A stretch of DNA of 64,000 bases from NCBI GenBank assembly GCA_010093605.1, contig MU004184.1, positions 2,180,801-2,244,800 on the forward strand, read 5' to 3'. Under the pieces are notes generated by a model, which made no database searches, was not told the DNA's origin, and saw only the letters and a program-made list of their open reading frames with translations. Numbering within the stretch: position 1 is the first letter of the stretch; the number at the start of each line of letters is the position of its first letter. This DNA comes from Lophium mytilinum. Its lineage: Eukaryota. The position numbers and the translations under genes are program-made. Positions 25,042 through 39,191 of the stretch are shown piece by piece.

Positions 25042-28000
25042 CTAATACGGTATTCCATTTGTCAGGAGCTGGAAATGGTCATACACCTTCGTCGAGTTGC
25101 TGCTGTAGCTCTTCCGAATCAGCTCTCTCATGAAGTCTGCAGCTTCCCTCTCCGTTCGATCTAGCACAAATCTCTCCCTGAAGTGTTGAATTGTCTCCGG
25201 CTTGAAACAGGGCAGACCGCTATCCAGCATAACGATTACCAAATGAGCAAGATGTTCGCATTGCTCACGGCAAGCCAAGAATGACTTGATGCAGAGCTCC
25301 TCAAACCAGCGGTACGGTTGGGATGTCGTGGAACCGCCCATGACCGCGACCATCTCGGAGGTCAGCTTAAAAGGAGCTCTTTCGAACTTAACTCCGCCAG
25401 GTGCAATGTCAAAGCAGAAGCCAAAGTCGATATGGAGGATGTGCCCGGCATCGTCGATCATGATGTTGCCGTTATGACGATCTTTGAACTGGAGGAGATA
25501 CGAAATGACGCTGTACGCCGCCATACTCTTGACAAAGCTGTTCCGGGCCTCCTGGAAGCGGATTGAGTCCTCGCCACCATACTTCGATACGAAGTAGTCG
25601 TACAGACCATTGACAGCTTCACGTCCCAGCATGTCCCGAGAAATCGAGTTTGGTAGAACATCAATCACACCACAGCCCGGTGCTGTAGCAGTGACACGGT
25701 AGGGGTAGACGTAGACATCCAGTCCAACGCTATTGAATATTCCGCGAAAGGCCGCAATCATTTGCAGGGCGAGAACGTCTTGTCGACAGTCGTCGCCGAC
25801 TTTGAAAATGGCGGACTGCCAAACTTCGTACGAGGTGGAATGCTTATCCGTGTCACCATTGCGGCTTGCCTCCCCTTCCTCAATTCCAACAAGATCTGTC
25901 TTCTCTTTTCGTATTCGAAATGTCGCCATGTACGGAGCTTTTGCGTGGCTTTGCAACGGCTTCCCGGACTTTCGATCGATGCCTATGACGACGCCATCGG
26001 GATTGCTTGGCAAATAGACGCCGACTTCAACCTTGATCTTGCGAAGCTCCTCTTCTATTTTTTCTTTCTTCTCTGCCTTTGGGCTCTTGATGAACGGTCT
26101 TAGTTTTCCTGAGATGTCCGTAACTTCGTTGAAGAATGAGAACTCGCGCTCGTAGAAGAGGCGGTCGCTTTTTGCGAAGCTTGAAATTAAACTATCTGTG
26201 ACGTTGTCGAGGGTAGGTTTGACCGGATCGGGCTACACAAATCAGCGCGAGTTTTTAAATATTTTTACTTGTGCCACTTACAATTTGAGAGTCCTCATCC
26301 TTGTATGCATTTGCTTTCATGTTCCAGATGATCTGGTGGGCGAACAGTTGCGAGAACTTTGCCGTCTCGATGATGTATCGTTCCACATATCCAAGCTCAT
26401 CATAACGTAGAGTCTGCACAATCTGGGGGACGTAGAAGAACGTGATATCAACTGAATGGCTCTCGAGGGCTCTCATGGCGTATTGGATGATAAAGGGGTG
26501 ATTCTCGTAGGCTGGCAAGAAATACGTCACCGCCGTGATTGGGTTTACCGAAGCCCAATAGAGCAAGTACTAGTACGATTAGCCGAGCTCGATGTATCCT
26601 TAACAGTGAAAGTACCTTGAGCTGGAAAGAGACATCGCTCGGCAATGCCAAGCCTAGCAAAATCTCAAGAGACTCGGGCTCATTCAGAACCTTTTGCGGG
26701 AAATTGAGGAGCAGCCAGCGGACGTCTTCGAATAACTTCCGGGACTGGAAGCGTTGTACCAGATGTACGGCTAGTGAAGGGTTTTCAGCCCAAGCCGTCT
26801 TGAGATACCCCGGTATTGCGTTCTACATATGTCAACAACACTCAAAGACTGTGGGCTGAGTGGCTCACCTCTGTTAATGTTTTGCTATGCTGGCCAGATG
26901 TGAAATGGTGCTTCTTTTCGTAGTCGAGCGGGAACAACCAGACCATCAATCTTGTCTGCTCGCTTGCAACGAGTAACGACAAAAGCTCTTGTTTACCTTG
27001 CAAGGACTTCAAAGGGCCTTCTGCCTTATTGCCGATATGTGAAACTGCTTGCATCAAGTTTTGAACATCAGCCAGAACGTGAGTTTCTGCTTTGATCTGA
27101 AGCCGGTTTCCACCGAAAGACCACCTGAATGTATTAGCCCAAAACACGTGAGATACTTAGTTGAACACGTACTTTGGTGCCTTGGTAAACCATGCCAACC
27201 CGGCAGTCAGGATTCGGTCCTTGAGTCTCCATTTAAAGTTTTCACGGAGAGATGTGCAGTGACGAAGTACTCTGAGACCAAGTAAAATAACATGGAAATG
27301 AGCTTCTCGAGCAAGCGGATGTACAGGAGACGCTTTCATGCTATCAAGCGTGACATGCATCATGCGATGATAGACCTTTTCGATATCAGGATTCCCTAAG
27401 CGTGTAGCGTTGAAGTGGCTTGACAAGAACTGCAAGAGTCGAAAGTGTGGGGCAATGATGTTGTATGCTTGCTGCTGGCGCTTCACTGTCGCATCTTTGT
27501 CCGACGGAGCAAACTCTTGCTTTACGTAGAAGGGATCCAGGAGCCTTCGAGTTATGAGGTCAAAGTTTCGAAATGTTGGAGAAGGCTGCTTACCGTAGTG
27601 TTTCACTGAACATGCCCCGTTTTCGCCGAACGGTGGCTTCCCAATTCTCCGTAATCGCGATCAGGATGCGAGATTCCATACGAGGGTTCTCCTTTATCAC
27701 ACTCATCCAAAGGGATATGCCCAATTTTATAGACTGCTTGGTGAACACAGCAAAGGGGATTCCGACTAGGTGTTGCACAATCGCCGTCTGATCAGACTTG
27801 ACTCTACACAACAGCGCGGCCGCCCGTCGCAATATGTCTCGTAACTCTGCAATGGAAACCTGTTTCTGATTGAGCGTTCTGCTCTCAAGGTCTGTTAGCA
27901 GCTTCGTAGCATCTTCAATGCTTCGGTGGACAAAGGAGGACCGCTCTGTTGATTGATCATGTGGGTCAGTTAAATCTCGCCTTAGAGTTTTAATACCCAA

Positions 28001-31000
28001 CGAACCTGTGTTGCCGAATCTCATCCACTCTTCATCTTGATCATTGAGCCCGTCAATAAACCTGTACTCCTGACGGGTAGTGTACTGGGCTATGAAATCG
28101 GATGCCGTATTGATGTTGAGATCGTTGTGCCGCTCAATAGCGCCTAAGAACTAATCAGTTTGGATGGATAACACATAGCGTGTCGATGGAGTGTACCGAG
28201 GCGTTGATCGGTGGAGGGAATGATAGATCCCATTTCCAAAGCAAATGAACGACCCAGTGATACGTGTCCATAAGCTCCTTCATCATCGTATTCGGAGAGG
28301 TAAGTCTAGTAGTAATTAGACGATGAAAGTCGAAGATACTTTATGACTAACCTGCAACAATCCCTTTATATCCAAGGGGGCCAGACTCAAGACTTGAAGC
28401 ACCCAGTTTCTGGCCCGTTTATGAAAAGCGTTGAGGGTGCTTCGCCTGAGGTCGTAATCATCGGATAGCTCCACGGAAACAGGTTCTCTTGACGAGGTGA
28501 AAGTGGACGTCCATTCATATTCGTCCGTCTCACATTCGAGACAGCTAGACCACATGATTGACAATAGCTCAAGAATAGTAAACAAGGCGGTTTTCTGGCA
28601 CAGAGTAGAAGGTGCTTCTCTGATGATGATGTCTGCACATTGCATGGCAACATCCTGAACCCTCGTTATACGATGGCAGCACCCTGCGAAGATGGTGGCA
28701 AGTTGCTGTGCGAGGAAAGGAGTCGAGAACTGTGGAGAGTTGCCGGAAATGGTCTTAGAAACATAAGTTTTGACACTGGCTGTTGCGATGGCCAGCATAC
28801 AGTTGCCCATGGCACCACTTCGTAGTTTCGGGTCGAGAAAATAGGCTAGTGCTTTCGTGCAGTCTCCTGCACTTGCTCGAAGGTCCTCGACAAGATAGGC
28901 CGTATTAAGAAAAACGACCTCGGAATGATTGAGTGATTTGATGTCAATCTCGCAAGACGGTAGAAGCTTGATCAGATTCTGTTTCTGCTCCACAGTATGC
29001 TCTGGGCCTTTGCCCCTTCTCAAGACAGTGTTAAGCTCAACATCGCTTTCGACTTGATCTGCCCGCTCTTCAGCGATCAAAGGTTGACTGAATGTTGCCA
29101 GTGTCCGCAATTCAGGAAGGTACTTCTTGCCAAGCTGCGAGTTGAAGTTGAAGCCGTGAACCACAATATTGAACCACGCATCACGCTGTAGGCTTGCGAT
29201 GTTATCGCCATATTTCCCGAGCTCGGTAGTCTCGGTCTCCTTTGATATCAGTATGGCCAACGGTGCCAACAACTGAGCTATCTCTCGAGCGGCTAGTTCA
29301 GTATCAGTAATATGGCTGTTAGTATTTTCGTGCGCATCGCCCTTGCTAATGATTGTCTCGAGGAAGTGTACTAGGCAGATCTGGAAGGCTGAAGAGCTAG
29401 GCTCGATGTCTCTAGCCAAGGACTTTCTCGCATGTAAGACCTGGAGCAGTTGTCAGCTGAGTTTGTGAACGGCAGTTACTAACGTACAGCGTCAACAGTA
29501 GCAGTATCGTCTTCGATCAGAGCATCGTGGGTAAGCTTAACGTAAAGCTTTAGGAGTGATCGAAGCTCGCTTGACCCGCTGTGTATCCCTAAGAGGGCAG
29601 ATTCCATGATAATCTTGGCGTCAACCGTTCGGTTCACTCGGCCGATCTTTTGGATCAGCATTGATAGGGCCAATGCTGTAATTTTCTCATCCTTGCATGT
29701 TCTAGCAACTCCACCTACGGCCTGAATAATTGTGGAATACACTTGCGAAGGCTCTTCTATGTCGCTTGGAGTGAGGGAAATTGCGCTTCCGGCGGTCTGA
29801 TGGCTGTACAAGCCCGTGTGTCGATGCGGTTTATTGGTGCTACTGAGCAACGGCAGCGGATTAAGAGCGTGTTCTGAGACCGACCCAGAACTAAGAACGT
29901 TGCCGAGGCTGTACAGTGTGGTGATTATAGCATCCTGGGGTAGGGTTTTGAGGACAGAGGCCAGGCATTCTGCTGCCACAGCAGCGGTGCGACTGTCCAG
30001 ACCGCCTTGGACGATAACTCGGGGCAAAGATCTGCTGAGACCTGCCGCAAGCGAAGGCGATAATCTTGCGAGGACTGCGAGCGATTTCAACACCACAGAA
30101 GCCAAGTTCGTGTCTGCAATCTGCACGGGGTCGGTCAAAGTGTTCTCTAGCCAAGTGACTAGGATATCAGAGTCTGCGACATCCTCGTCGCGAACAGCAC
30201 AGCAAAGAAAAGTGACGAGCACATTCCCTTTCACGGCTGAAGCTAAGCGTTGTTGCCAGGCAGACCCAACTCGCTGTAAATAGTCCAGGTCGTTTTGCAA
30301 GCGTTCCATTTCGTCCATAGCAATCTGAACTAGGCCTTCTAATAGAGTGACTTCCGAGGAGGCGCTTGGTACTTTGGGCCTCAAGCTGGCTTTGCACAGA
30401 TAGTCCAATATCGGCTCTTGAGCATCTTGATTGAATGGCATTGCAACCAAAGACGCAGAGGCTACGACGAGCTGCATGAACTTCTCGTGTAATAGCATGG
30501 ATCCTAGTGGACGGCCCATCGCGGCATAGTGCTTTCCGTAGCGCTTCCAGTCCTTCAGCCCACGCTGCGGAGAATGAGCATTACGAACCACGGATAGGGC
30601 AGCCTCAAAGGCGACCATGAACTTCTCTGTGAGAGCACCGCGAACTGAGTCAAGTAAATATAGTCTGTCGTCACCTGTCCAGAACCTAGTATAGCTTGAT
30701 GCAGCGTCTAAGAATCCCAGTAACGACATGCTCAGAGACATGACGTTTGCAAGCTCGCCATCCGCAGCATACTCAACGCAATCATCATCGTCAAACTGGT
30801 CTGCGGAAATCGAACTGGCGACAGATGTCCACTCCTTTATGTATTCTTCTATAGCGGAGGTGACGGCGGGTCGCAGTGACACATACTTGAGGCCAATCGC
30901 GAGCAACGCGGAGGCAAGGCTACTCGTGAGAATCTCCCAAGGTGAAGGGCTGAGTTGTCTAAGCCCCGGTGACGGTGAGATTATTTGCGAATGGGATTCG

Positions 31001-31459
31001 ACGAGGTATGGACTCAGTTGATTCAGCAACTGCTCGGCAGTTTCGACATTTTGGACTAAGGGAGCGGCTTTGCAGAGGGCAAGGAGGACTTCGAGTTCAG
31101 GGAGGCGCTGTACAGATGTTAGCAGACAGCTTGAAGACATAGACATATCTGGAGCCAGCCGGCATATCTGCTGGAGGGCACGAGAGATTAGGCTGTCAAA
31201 TAAGCTTACCATTTGGCCTGCCGATCCTGAGGCGCTACCATTGGGACGGGTTTCGTGAGAAGTACTGAAGCCCCGTGAGGACTGAATTGGTGTGCACCTT
31301 TTGCATAATTGCGCGAGGTCGGAGTGTCCTGGTGTGCTGGAAGCGGATTTCGCTGAGAGGGAAGCAAGCTTCTTGAGCGCGTTACGTCGAACTCTATGCA
31401 CGATTAGAATTTTAAGGCGACTTGACAGCGAGCCTCCTGGCAGACACGTACGTTCTCAT
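25042..31459 (-). CDS. STT4: Phosphatidylinositol 4-kinase type III alpha Stt4 (multi-exon)
   Basis: C-terminal kinase PLQSHAKAP, IFKVGDDCRQDVLALQ, LQFKDRHNGNIM, HIDFGF, FERAPFKLT, LLTNGIPY*; PIK domain FFYVPQIVQTLRYD, FAHQIIWNM. The start is MRT|VRRNAL (ATG at 31459). Confidence 0.95.
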
Positions 31460-32174
31460 CCTGGTATGCGAGTATCAGGACTGTTGTTGCATGGAACCTC
31501 GACAACGCTGCTGATGACGGAACCTTGCAAAGCAGTGTTGAGGTCGCGGTTGCTTGGCTGGTCAAAGCTCCCATCTACACTTTCGTGTGCACTAAATTCA
31601 CTACTAGTCACACACTTCCCTAGCACTGCTTAAGGCTTTCTGGTAAATCAAACAATATTGCAAGGCAAGAGTTCGGCAAGCCTAATGACTCTTTATGCTA
31701 CTAATTGGATTGCGACTCTACCTTTGTGTTTTCAGTGAAGCCTGCGTGCATAGTAGTTGCTATAAACACCTAGAATAACATTGTATATATGTTTGTAGAA
31801 CAGCTTAGCTAGACCCCACACACAGGGAATGTCATAGTCGTGACGAGCTTCTAGGATGTATTTAGATTTAGAAGAATTATATACCGAGTGTACCCCCCAA
31901 GTCATCGTCCCTGGCGGCGAGCTTTATACAGTCCATTAAACTCCCCGCTCCTCCAGATACCACAAATGCACTCATTATCCGTAACACCAGAGTTGCGCAA
32001 ACTAGAGGCCTCTCTCTTCACGAGCCTCCAATCTAAGAACGCGCATTTCCAACGACTCGTTGAGAGGTGTTCATGAGCATCACTAACAAGACGTGAGTTG
32101 GCCGGATCCCTTTTCCCGGTTCGAAGTAGTGAATTCCATTAGAAATCAGAACCTGAATTGTGCAAGCGCAGTCT

Positions 32175-34400
32175 TCAGCGGACGAATCTAGCACTAAGTC
32201 CTGAAAATGCATCTGGGCTATGCCTCCCTCCCATGAGTCCAGCAAAATCCACACTCTCATTACTCACGTGACGCGGCGTACCAGGGTTGCCAAGATTCCC
32301 AACTGCCGGCGAGGCGTTCTGCGCATGCGCTTGACCTTGCATCGGGGCGAAAGGGTTCATGCTCCCGGGCGCGGGACCAGTAGGGGCTGTGGAGGATGTA
32401 ACAGGCATTGTGACACTGCGTTGCTTCAGCCCTGGAGGCGCTGGTGCAGAAGGATCGGTCGAAGCCATTTGTGAAGGAATCGAATCGGCGCGAATCGGCG
32501 CAAGCTGGGGGTAGTTATATAGAGCGAGGATAGAGGACTTGTCATGCTGAAAAGGTGACGGTTGCTGCGCCTGCTGTTGATGTTGTGGTTGATAAGGGTT
32601 GGATGGCTGGAATTGAAGCAGCGAGCTAGGATTGAACGGTTGCTGCTGGTTTTGGAATTGCGCTGGTTGGAAGGACTCTTGTTGCAAAGACTGCTGTTGT
32701 GGCATTGACTGCGCTGAGGTCTGATTCTGGAAAGGATTCGCAGGCTGAACATGTGACGCTGAAAACGCTTGTGAGCTCTGGTATCCTTGCGCCATAGGAG
32801 CATTGTAGCGTTGCTGCTGTTCGAAGGGATTCGTAGGCGCAAAGACTTGAGAGCGTGATGACCGTAAAAAGGGGTTCCCACCAGCGCCAGTAGACTGAGC
32901 GGTCTGAGGCTGTGAAATCTGCTGCTGGGCGGGTTGCTGTTGGAAGAAAGCGTTGTATTGAGGTGGTATTTGCGGTACAGGTGGAGGTGTGAAGGAATGC
33001 TGGAAGGGATTGGTTTGCTGGGGTACCTGGCTTTGGTTGTCGAAACCCCCGGTTCTGTTTGGGAACAACGGTTGCTGAGGCTGCTGTGACAGCTGAAGAT
33101 TCTGGAAGGATTGCTCCAGAGGCGGTTGGCCGTACAACGTTTGCTGAGGCTGCGGCAAAAAGGGGTTATACGGATTCGAGGGCGACGCCGGATGGGAGTA
33201 CGACGTGGCGGTATTTGTGTGCTGTTGCGTCTGAAGTTGGGGGACTGGTGGCAATGCTTGTTGCTGATTTCGCGGCTCATTATCCAGCTGATCGAATGGA
33301 TTAGACGACTGAGTCGAAGCTGGAGCTGGCCTAGTCCGATCTATCGTAATGCCGCTAGCAGTTGGTTTTTCGGGTGGAGCTGGAGGCCCGTTTCGTGCTG
33401 TAGATGACGCTCCTTCTCCTAATCTTATGAGAGCCTCCACCGCCTTATCCAGGTTCCCATTCAGACCTTTCAGCACTGTCGTGTTCCGCCTGTCATCGGG
33501 GAATCCCATGTCCCTTAATGTAGCCAGCTTCGACTCCAGTCCTTCTCCAGACCCGCTCACATTCGATCCAAACACCCGAGATGCTTTGCTGACCCTCGGG
33601 GGTGATTCCTCAGCAAATCCCCCAAGGCGGGGAGAAATAGGCGGCGTTACATTCCGAGATGACGGGAACGTGGACGAAGACGCCCGTAAGCCAAAGCCGA
33701 ATCGCTTTCCAGGTTTGGGAGGCAACGGGGGTGGCCGGTCCTCAACTGAGCTTGTGCTTCCAGTGTTTTGCCGTGTCCCTGGCCTCGAGTCTGTTGTGAA
33801 GGCCTTGTGTTCATACTTCTGCCGTATAAAACGTTCCAATGCGCCATCCACCTCATCGGCATCAATCGGGATGTTTGGTTGGACGTTTCGGGGGTTGAAG
33901 AGGCGATTCGATTCCGTGTTGCCCGTTCGCTTCATGTTCTAACATTGTCAGTATAAGGCAGTCTTGCGTGGTAGCATCTGAGCTTACATCGACTTGCTCG
34001 TTGTCCCACTTGTCCATGCTCAAGGATTTGACTTTTGAGATGTGAGTGCCCAGCTTGCGATGCAGGGCCGCGCATCGCATACAGAGGAAGATGCCCAACT
34101 AAACAGCAAACATCAGTATTGGTCCGTATGGCGTACAGGTTATGCGTAGTGGTCTGAGCGGCAGGCGAAGAGAAAGGTCTTATATTTGGTGTATACTATG
34201 GAGGTTGGAACTCACGCTCCAGCTGGCCCAGCCTTCGCAAACGGTGTCAACAGAAGTCCCAATGTGAGTGAATGCCGCAGCTTACCTGGGTTCCGCGCGG
34301 CGCAGTCGGCGCACCTGTCGTTCCCGGGCACATTCTTAATGAGGTCCTGCAGAGCACGCTCGTTGCGCGCCTGCTGGCGCTTACTGGCGAAAGCGGCCAT
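32175..34400 (-). CDS. GTS1: ArfGAP + UBA domain protein (Gts1/Ucp3-like); includes a 17-nt exon at 34216-34232
   Basis: CADCAARNPG|WASWS|LGIFLCMRCAALHRKLGTHISKVKSLSMD (ArfGAP zinc finger); UBA LATLRDMGFPD..NLDKAVEAL; many NPF motifs; DKSSILALY; C-terminal GRHSPDAFSGLSAR. Confidence 0.88.
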
Positions 34401-37400
34401 GTCGTGGAGATGTATGTACAGGTGCGGTTGGCGGCGCGAAGGTGAGGCGGTTCTGAAGCACAGTTGTTTACTTAAGCGGGCGAATGCTGATGCGAGCAGA
34501 CAGAATCATGTCACGCAGCAAGCTCGAGGGTACTCGCGAAGGTCCATAGCAGGCGGGAGAAAGGAGGCATTGGTTTCCCCAGTCGTCTGCAGAAGCAAGC
34601 GGCTGACTAGGGGAGCTCGCCGAGTCGTGTGCTAGACCCCTCGTGGCACCCAACGTGGAGTGTTTGCGGGCACGGGCAAGGGGCAAAGGCGAGGCTGGCC
34701 ATGTACATAGTATGCATCTGCGACCGTCTTCCAAGCTTTCCAGCTGCCTTTCGAAGATCTGTGGGGAAGCTTCACGAAGCTGTCGTTGCTGGGCGCCACG
34801 CTCATTTCAATTTCAATGCACCAAGTCAACACTCCCACCGCACACCCACGCAGGGCCGAACAGCATCTCCATGCCGTAGTATCGGAATGCCCGGCGAAGT
34901 GATGGCTATCTAGAATTGCTAACAGCCCCACAGCCAGACTCCCAGGGAGGCTTCTGCAATCTACGCGGCGAGATAGGAAATTCCCAAGTGGGTCAAAATA
35001 GGTGGTATGTTTGGCACGCAGGTGCGCTTCAGCAGCATTGAGAGGAAGCTGAAGCCTTAATGTGCCTCTTGATTCGGTCTTGAACGCCAATATGACCGAC
35101 CAGCCTATGATGGATAGAATTGACGGTTGATTATGCGTTCGAAAGTGTAAGGAGCCAGAAGATCGGGCGGACAGAGTTTTATGATGGCTCGCTTCCGGGG
35201 AGGCTGACTAAGCGGCGCTAGCACCGTGGACAAAACCGCGAAATCTCTGCGCCGAATTGTTGCTCCTCCACTCAACCAACAACGTGTCAACAAGAGCGCA
35301 CAGCTTCTCTATGAACTTGCCTTCGGCACGATGTGTTTGACGAGGTCGCCCTCGGGGAGAAATGCCATTGTCGAGCACGCCGCGCTGGCGTACTCGGTGT
35401 TTCTTCTTTGTAGTTCCCCACGATTTGCCTGCTTCTTGAATCGTCAATGATTTTCGAAGCTTACTTCATCAATCAGTGGGAGAGTGAAACAGGTTTTTAG
35501 CAGAGCCGTGTCTTCTCCACCCTGCTGGTTGCCTCTTCCCAGCACCAGTAGGACTATTTTACAGACAGATATCCCCATCGCAGACCTCTCGTTGCTGAAA
35601 AGGCGTCCTGGTGCATGATCTTCTAATGTTGACTGGCGAAGCTGTTTCATATTGCTGCAGAGCCTCCGTCGGACTCGTGTGGCAGGTTTTCGAGTAACTT
35701 GCAGAGAGAAAGGCTAGCTACCAGTCCTTATAAGTAGACCATCCATCGGAGGGAAGGACCTGGAGTTCTCTAGACTTGCTCACCTGAATGAAGCGCCGGC
35801 GAAGGATCGCCTCTTCCCTGCCATAACGAGACAAAGTAGTAGATTTGTCGTCCAGGTTGAACGAACCGGTGGCGCAGCATTTCGGCAAGCATGACGAGTC
35901 GTCAAAACGTCTCACCATGCCTCTTGAAGGACACACCTCAGTTCCACGGCGCATGCCGCCTACATACGCCAGGTACAGTCAGCGCGGCTGAGGCGTTTCT
36001 CCAGGCATCAGCCACATATCTCACTGATGGACTCCGACTTGTGGCTAGTTTCTTCAATATAGCATTGACCCTTGAAACTCAGCTCGCGGGGAACATGAGT
36101 CTACAGAGCTTCTTTAGGCAGAGAGCTAATTTGGTAAACGCTTTCTTGACTTCACTTTCCCTCAGCTCGGAGTCGACGGACTACAATCCTTACTCTGGAG
36201 CTCAGCAGGTAAGGGCAGTCTGCGAAGTCGTAGAGCTAAGTCCACCAAAAGCATCAACAATATTAGGGAATCGGCTTGCTGAATTGTTGCATAATGCTGT
36301 TTCAAACGAAGCACACTCAAGAGATTTTGTGGGCTATACTATTGCGTTCGCCGAGAAAGCAGCTCTGTCTGCTTGCAATTCGGCTTCCGGACTCAGACTT
36401 CCGTCGGATACTACCCAATGATTTCGCGTTAGGCATCCAGCGATGTATTGCAGTTCCCAGGATAGGTCGAACGTTGCGGTTTCAGACAAGCTACTTACAC
36501 ACTGGCGACCATGCTACCCTTGGATCCATCACGTCAGATTCAGCCGCAGAGGACTTGGTATGTCTATCGCTGGACCATAGTGCCAGGACATGAATCTTGG
36601 CAGCGTTTACCGCTCCATTTAGACAGTTTAGAGACTTTCCAAAGTATGAAGAGCACGCAGTCATCGGCGTGACTCTGTTGCCTTGGAGCGCGCCCACGCT
36701 TGATTCTCTGACAGCGCCCTGTGACAAACAGATAGCTTCTTACTCATAGCTCGCAGCTCGTAGCCGACAGACTCTAGTCTTTGAACAGTCACCGGTGTAG
36801 GCGCAAGTGCTCTTGCGTCGCGTGCGTGCATGCATGGAATATTTACGTCGAGAGGACAGAAAGACGGTAAAGGCGGTAAACATAGCTTGTGGTATGTTGT
36901 AGGGCGAGGCGGACTGGCGAGAAATACTCCGGCATTGCAACCTACATCTTGCTTTTGCGCAAAATAGTGATGGCGGTCTTCTCAGTTGTGGCGGAGTCGC
37001 AGCGGTCTGGCATTTGCGTTATTTGACGAGCTAGTCTAGATATAGTCGCGAAAGCTCCCTATCTAGTACATATTGTGGCGTATTCGCCCCTAAAGCTCCT
37101 TACTTGCGCCTTATTAACGTTCGCGAAGCTCCTCATCCACCGCTTTATCTTGAGACCCTTCTATCTCGCCGTCGCAGTTCCCACAACTGCGGAAACCGCT
37201 CTAACTAACTCGGCACTCACCGACACAGTCTGCCTTGTCTTCTCCAAGTCGTCCCTCGTCGCTCTCCTTCGGACCTGGCCCCCACCTAGTGAGACTCGGT
37301 GAAGGCGATTATCACCGTGGCTCCAAGCCGTAAGTTTTTGCCAACAACGTCACCTCCCCTTGCGCATCCAGGTCAGGATGGCAGCATTCCGGTGTGAGCC

Positions 37401-38696
37401 AGCGCTTCGTTCTCTCGGCTCGTGCGGCCTGTCACCCTGTTGTCGCTCGTATTGTCCGCTGAAGCGCCGTCGTTGGTGCGGCTTTCCATGTCATGTCGAG
37501 GTGCGGGAGGAGAACAGAACCGGAGGCTGAGCACTGCCACTCCTTATTCGAATCTTCTCAAGAGATGGGCTTTCGAGGATCTGATCGTCTGAGCTTCTCG
37601 GGCCAATGGTGTTGCGTCCTCAGCTTCCCAAGCTGGAGGGGTGCCGGGGCTGAACTCGTGAACTGATTGACAGGGCCATGTCGTCGCGGGCCTCCCGAAG
37701 AGCCCTGCCAGTCCAACGGTAACGAGACGATGCAGGTACTTGTACCGGTCGCCAAATCCATCTGCCTGGTGACGGAAGGCTCCTCCTGCGTCCGGTGGAG
37801 GCCAATAGGATGTAGCCCCTTGCTGACGGTCACCACCATGTGGCCGTTCGCCCTACAAGGCTGGGAGATACGCTTGCCCTTCTCCGTCGGCGCGGATCTG
37901 CTCACGGGGTACTAACGTCAACTTCATGGGTCTTGCGTAGTGCATTGGCGTAACGGCACCGCCGAGCTGGCCTTTCTGCCGACAGTGAAGTCGCCCAAAC
38001 CTTCCCACCATAACCCCACAGTCTCCAGTATCTCGGTGCCTTCTGAGGATGCCTAATGTCGCTGTTGACTGCAGCCCCGTTATCCATTCTTGTGTTAGTT
38101 CCGTTCAGTTGCGAATCAAACATGACCCAATCATGCACCTTGTAACCCTGAAGGCCCAAAGTCCTCTCCGGCTTGAGTCAAGGCTATGCATCTACATCAT
38201 CGCCAGCTCCGGAGTCTTAGGCTGATCCGCGACTTGGGCTCGACAGTTCCGCTGTCTTGGCTTCGGTAAGAGACGGTATGTATTGGACACTTGCTTCTTT
38301 CCCCTCCCGCCGGTGACTTGTACCGTGTCTTCTCTTGTGTGCAGCCGTTTTATCAGCCCGTTGACTTGTTCACCTCGTTCGCACTCCAGGCATCTCGTTT
38401 TGTCCAGCTGAATGCCGACCACCTCGTTCTTCTCTCCCACAGCCGTCCGCAGCACCAGCCTCTTTCTTAACTTGGCCAGGAGCCCAGCGATCTGTAACCT
38501 AGAAATGAGGCAGCCGTGACTCGAAACCCACACTCACTACTCAAAAGTTCTGCTTCGACTATCTTCCTTGATGAGACTTCATCTCGCTCGAGCCTCGGAT
38601 ACTACGAACCGTTTAACGTACAAAGCGTCTGGCAGATATCAGTCTTCTCATCGGTGTACGCGTGGCTCAAGAACTTTCGCCGATCAGAGTCTTACG

Positions 38697-39191
38697 ATGT
38701 CGCAAAGCCAACGAAGTGGAGATGAGCAGTTACGGGCGCGAGGAGATTCGTCGAAGCCAAGAGGGGAACCATCACGATCATCTTCGAGGTCGAACGGAGA
38801 CGAGTGGTCCGACGTCAAAGATCCCAACGAGAGGCGTAAAATTCAGAATAAACTAGCCCAGCGAAGATTCCGTGAGTAGCGCATAGCTTCTTTGTGATAG
38901 ATGGTCGGCAGTCAAAGCACTGGCTAACGTACTGTAGGAGACAAGGTTAGAGAGCAAAAGGAAGATGCAGAACGGGAAGGGGAGAACCAAAGACGGGCAG
39001 GCAGTGCGTATGCCTCACCCGAACCGGGCGACCTCGATCCTGGTCGCGAGCTGTCTGGCCTTCCTTGGGGAGGGATATCGATGCGACACATTGTCGAGAC
39101 GGGAAAGACGAAAGAGCAGAATTCACAGCAAAGCTCTCGTGAGAACTCGGTGTATGCCGCCGCTTCACGGACAGGAGGGAGCTCGCGGTAA
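38697..39191 (+). CDS. Small bZIP transcription factor; intron ~38872-38938; alternative spliced C-terminus to 39343 possible
   Basis: DEWSDVKDPNERRKIQNKLAQRRFR|DKVREQKE is a bZIP basic region, followed by SGLPWGGISMRHIVETGK. The start codon is uncertain (in-frame ATG also at 38571). Confidence 0.8.
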
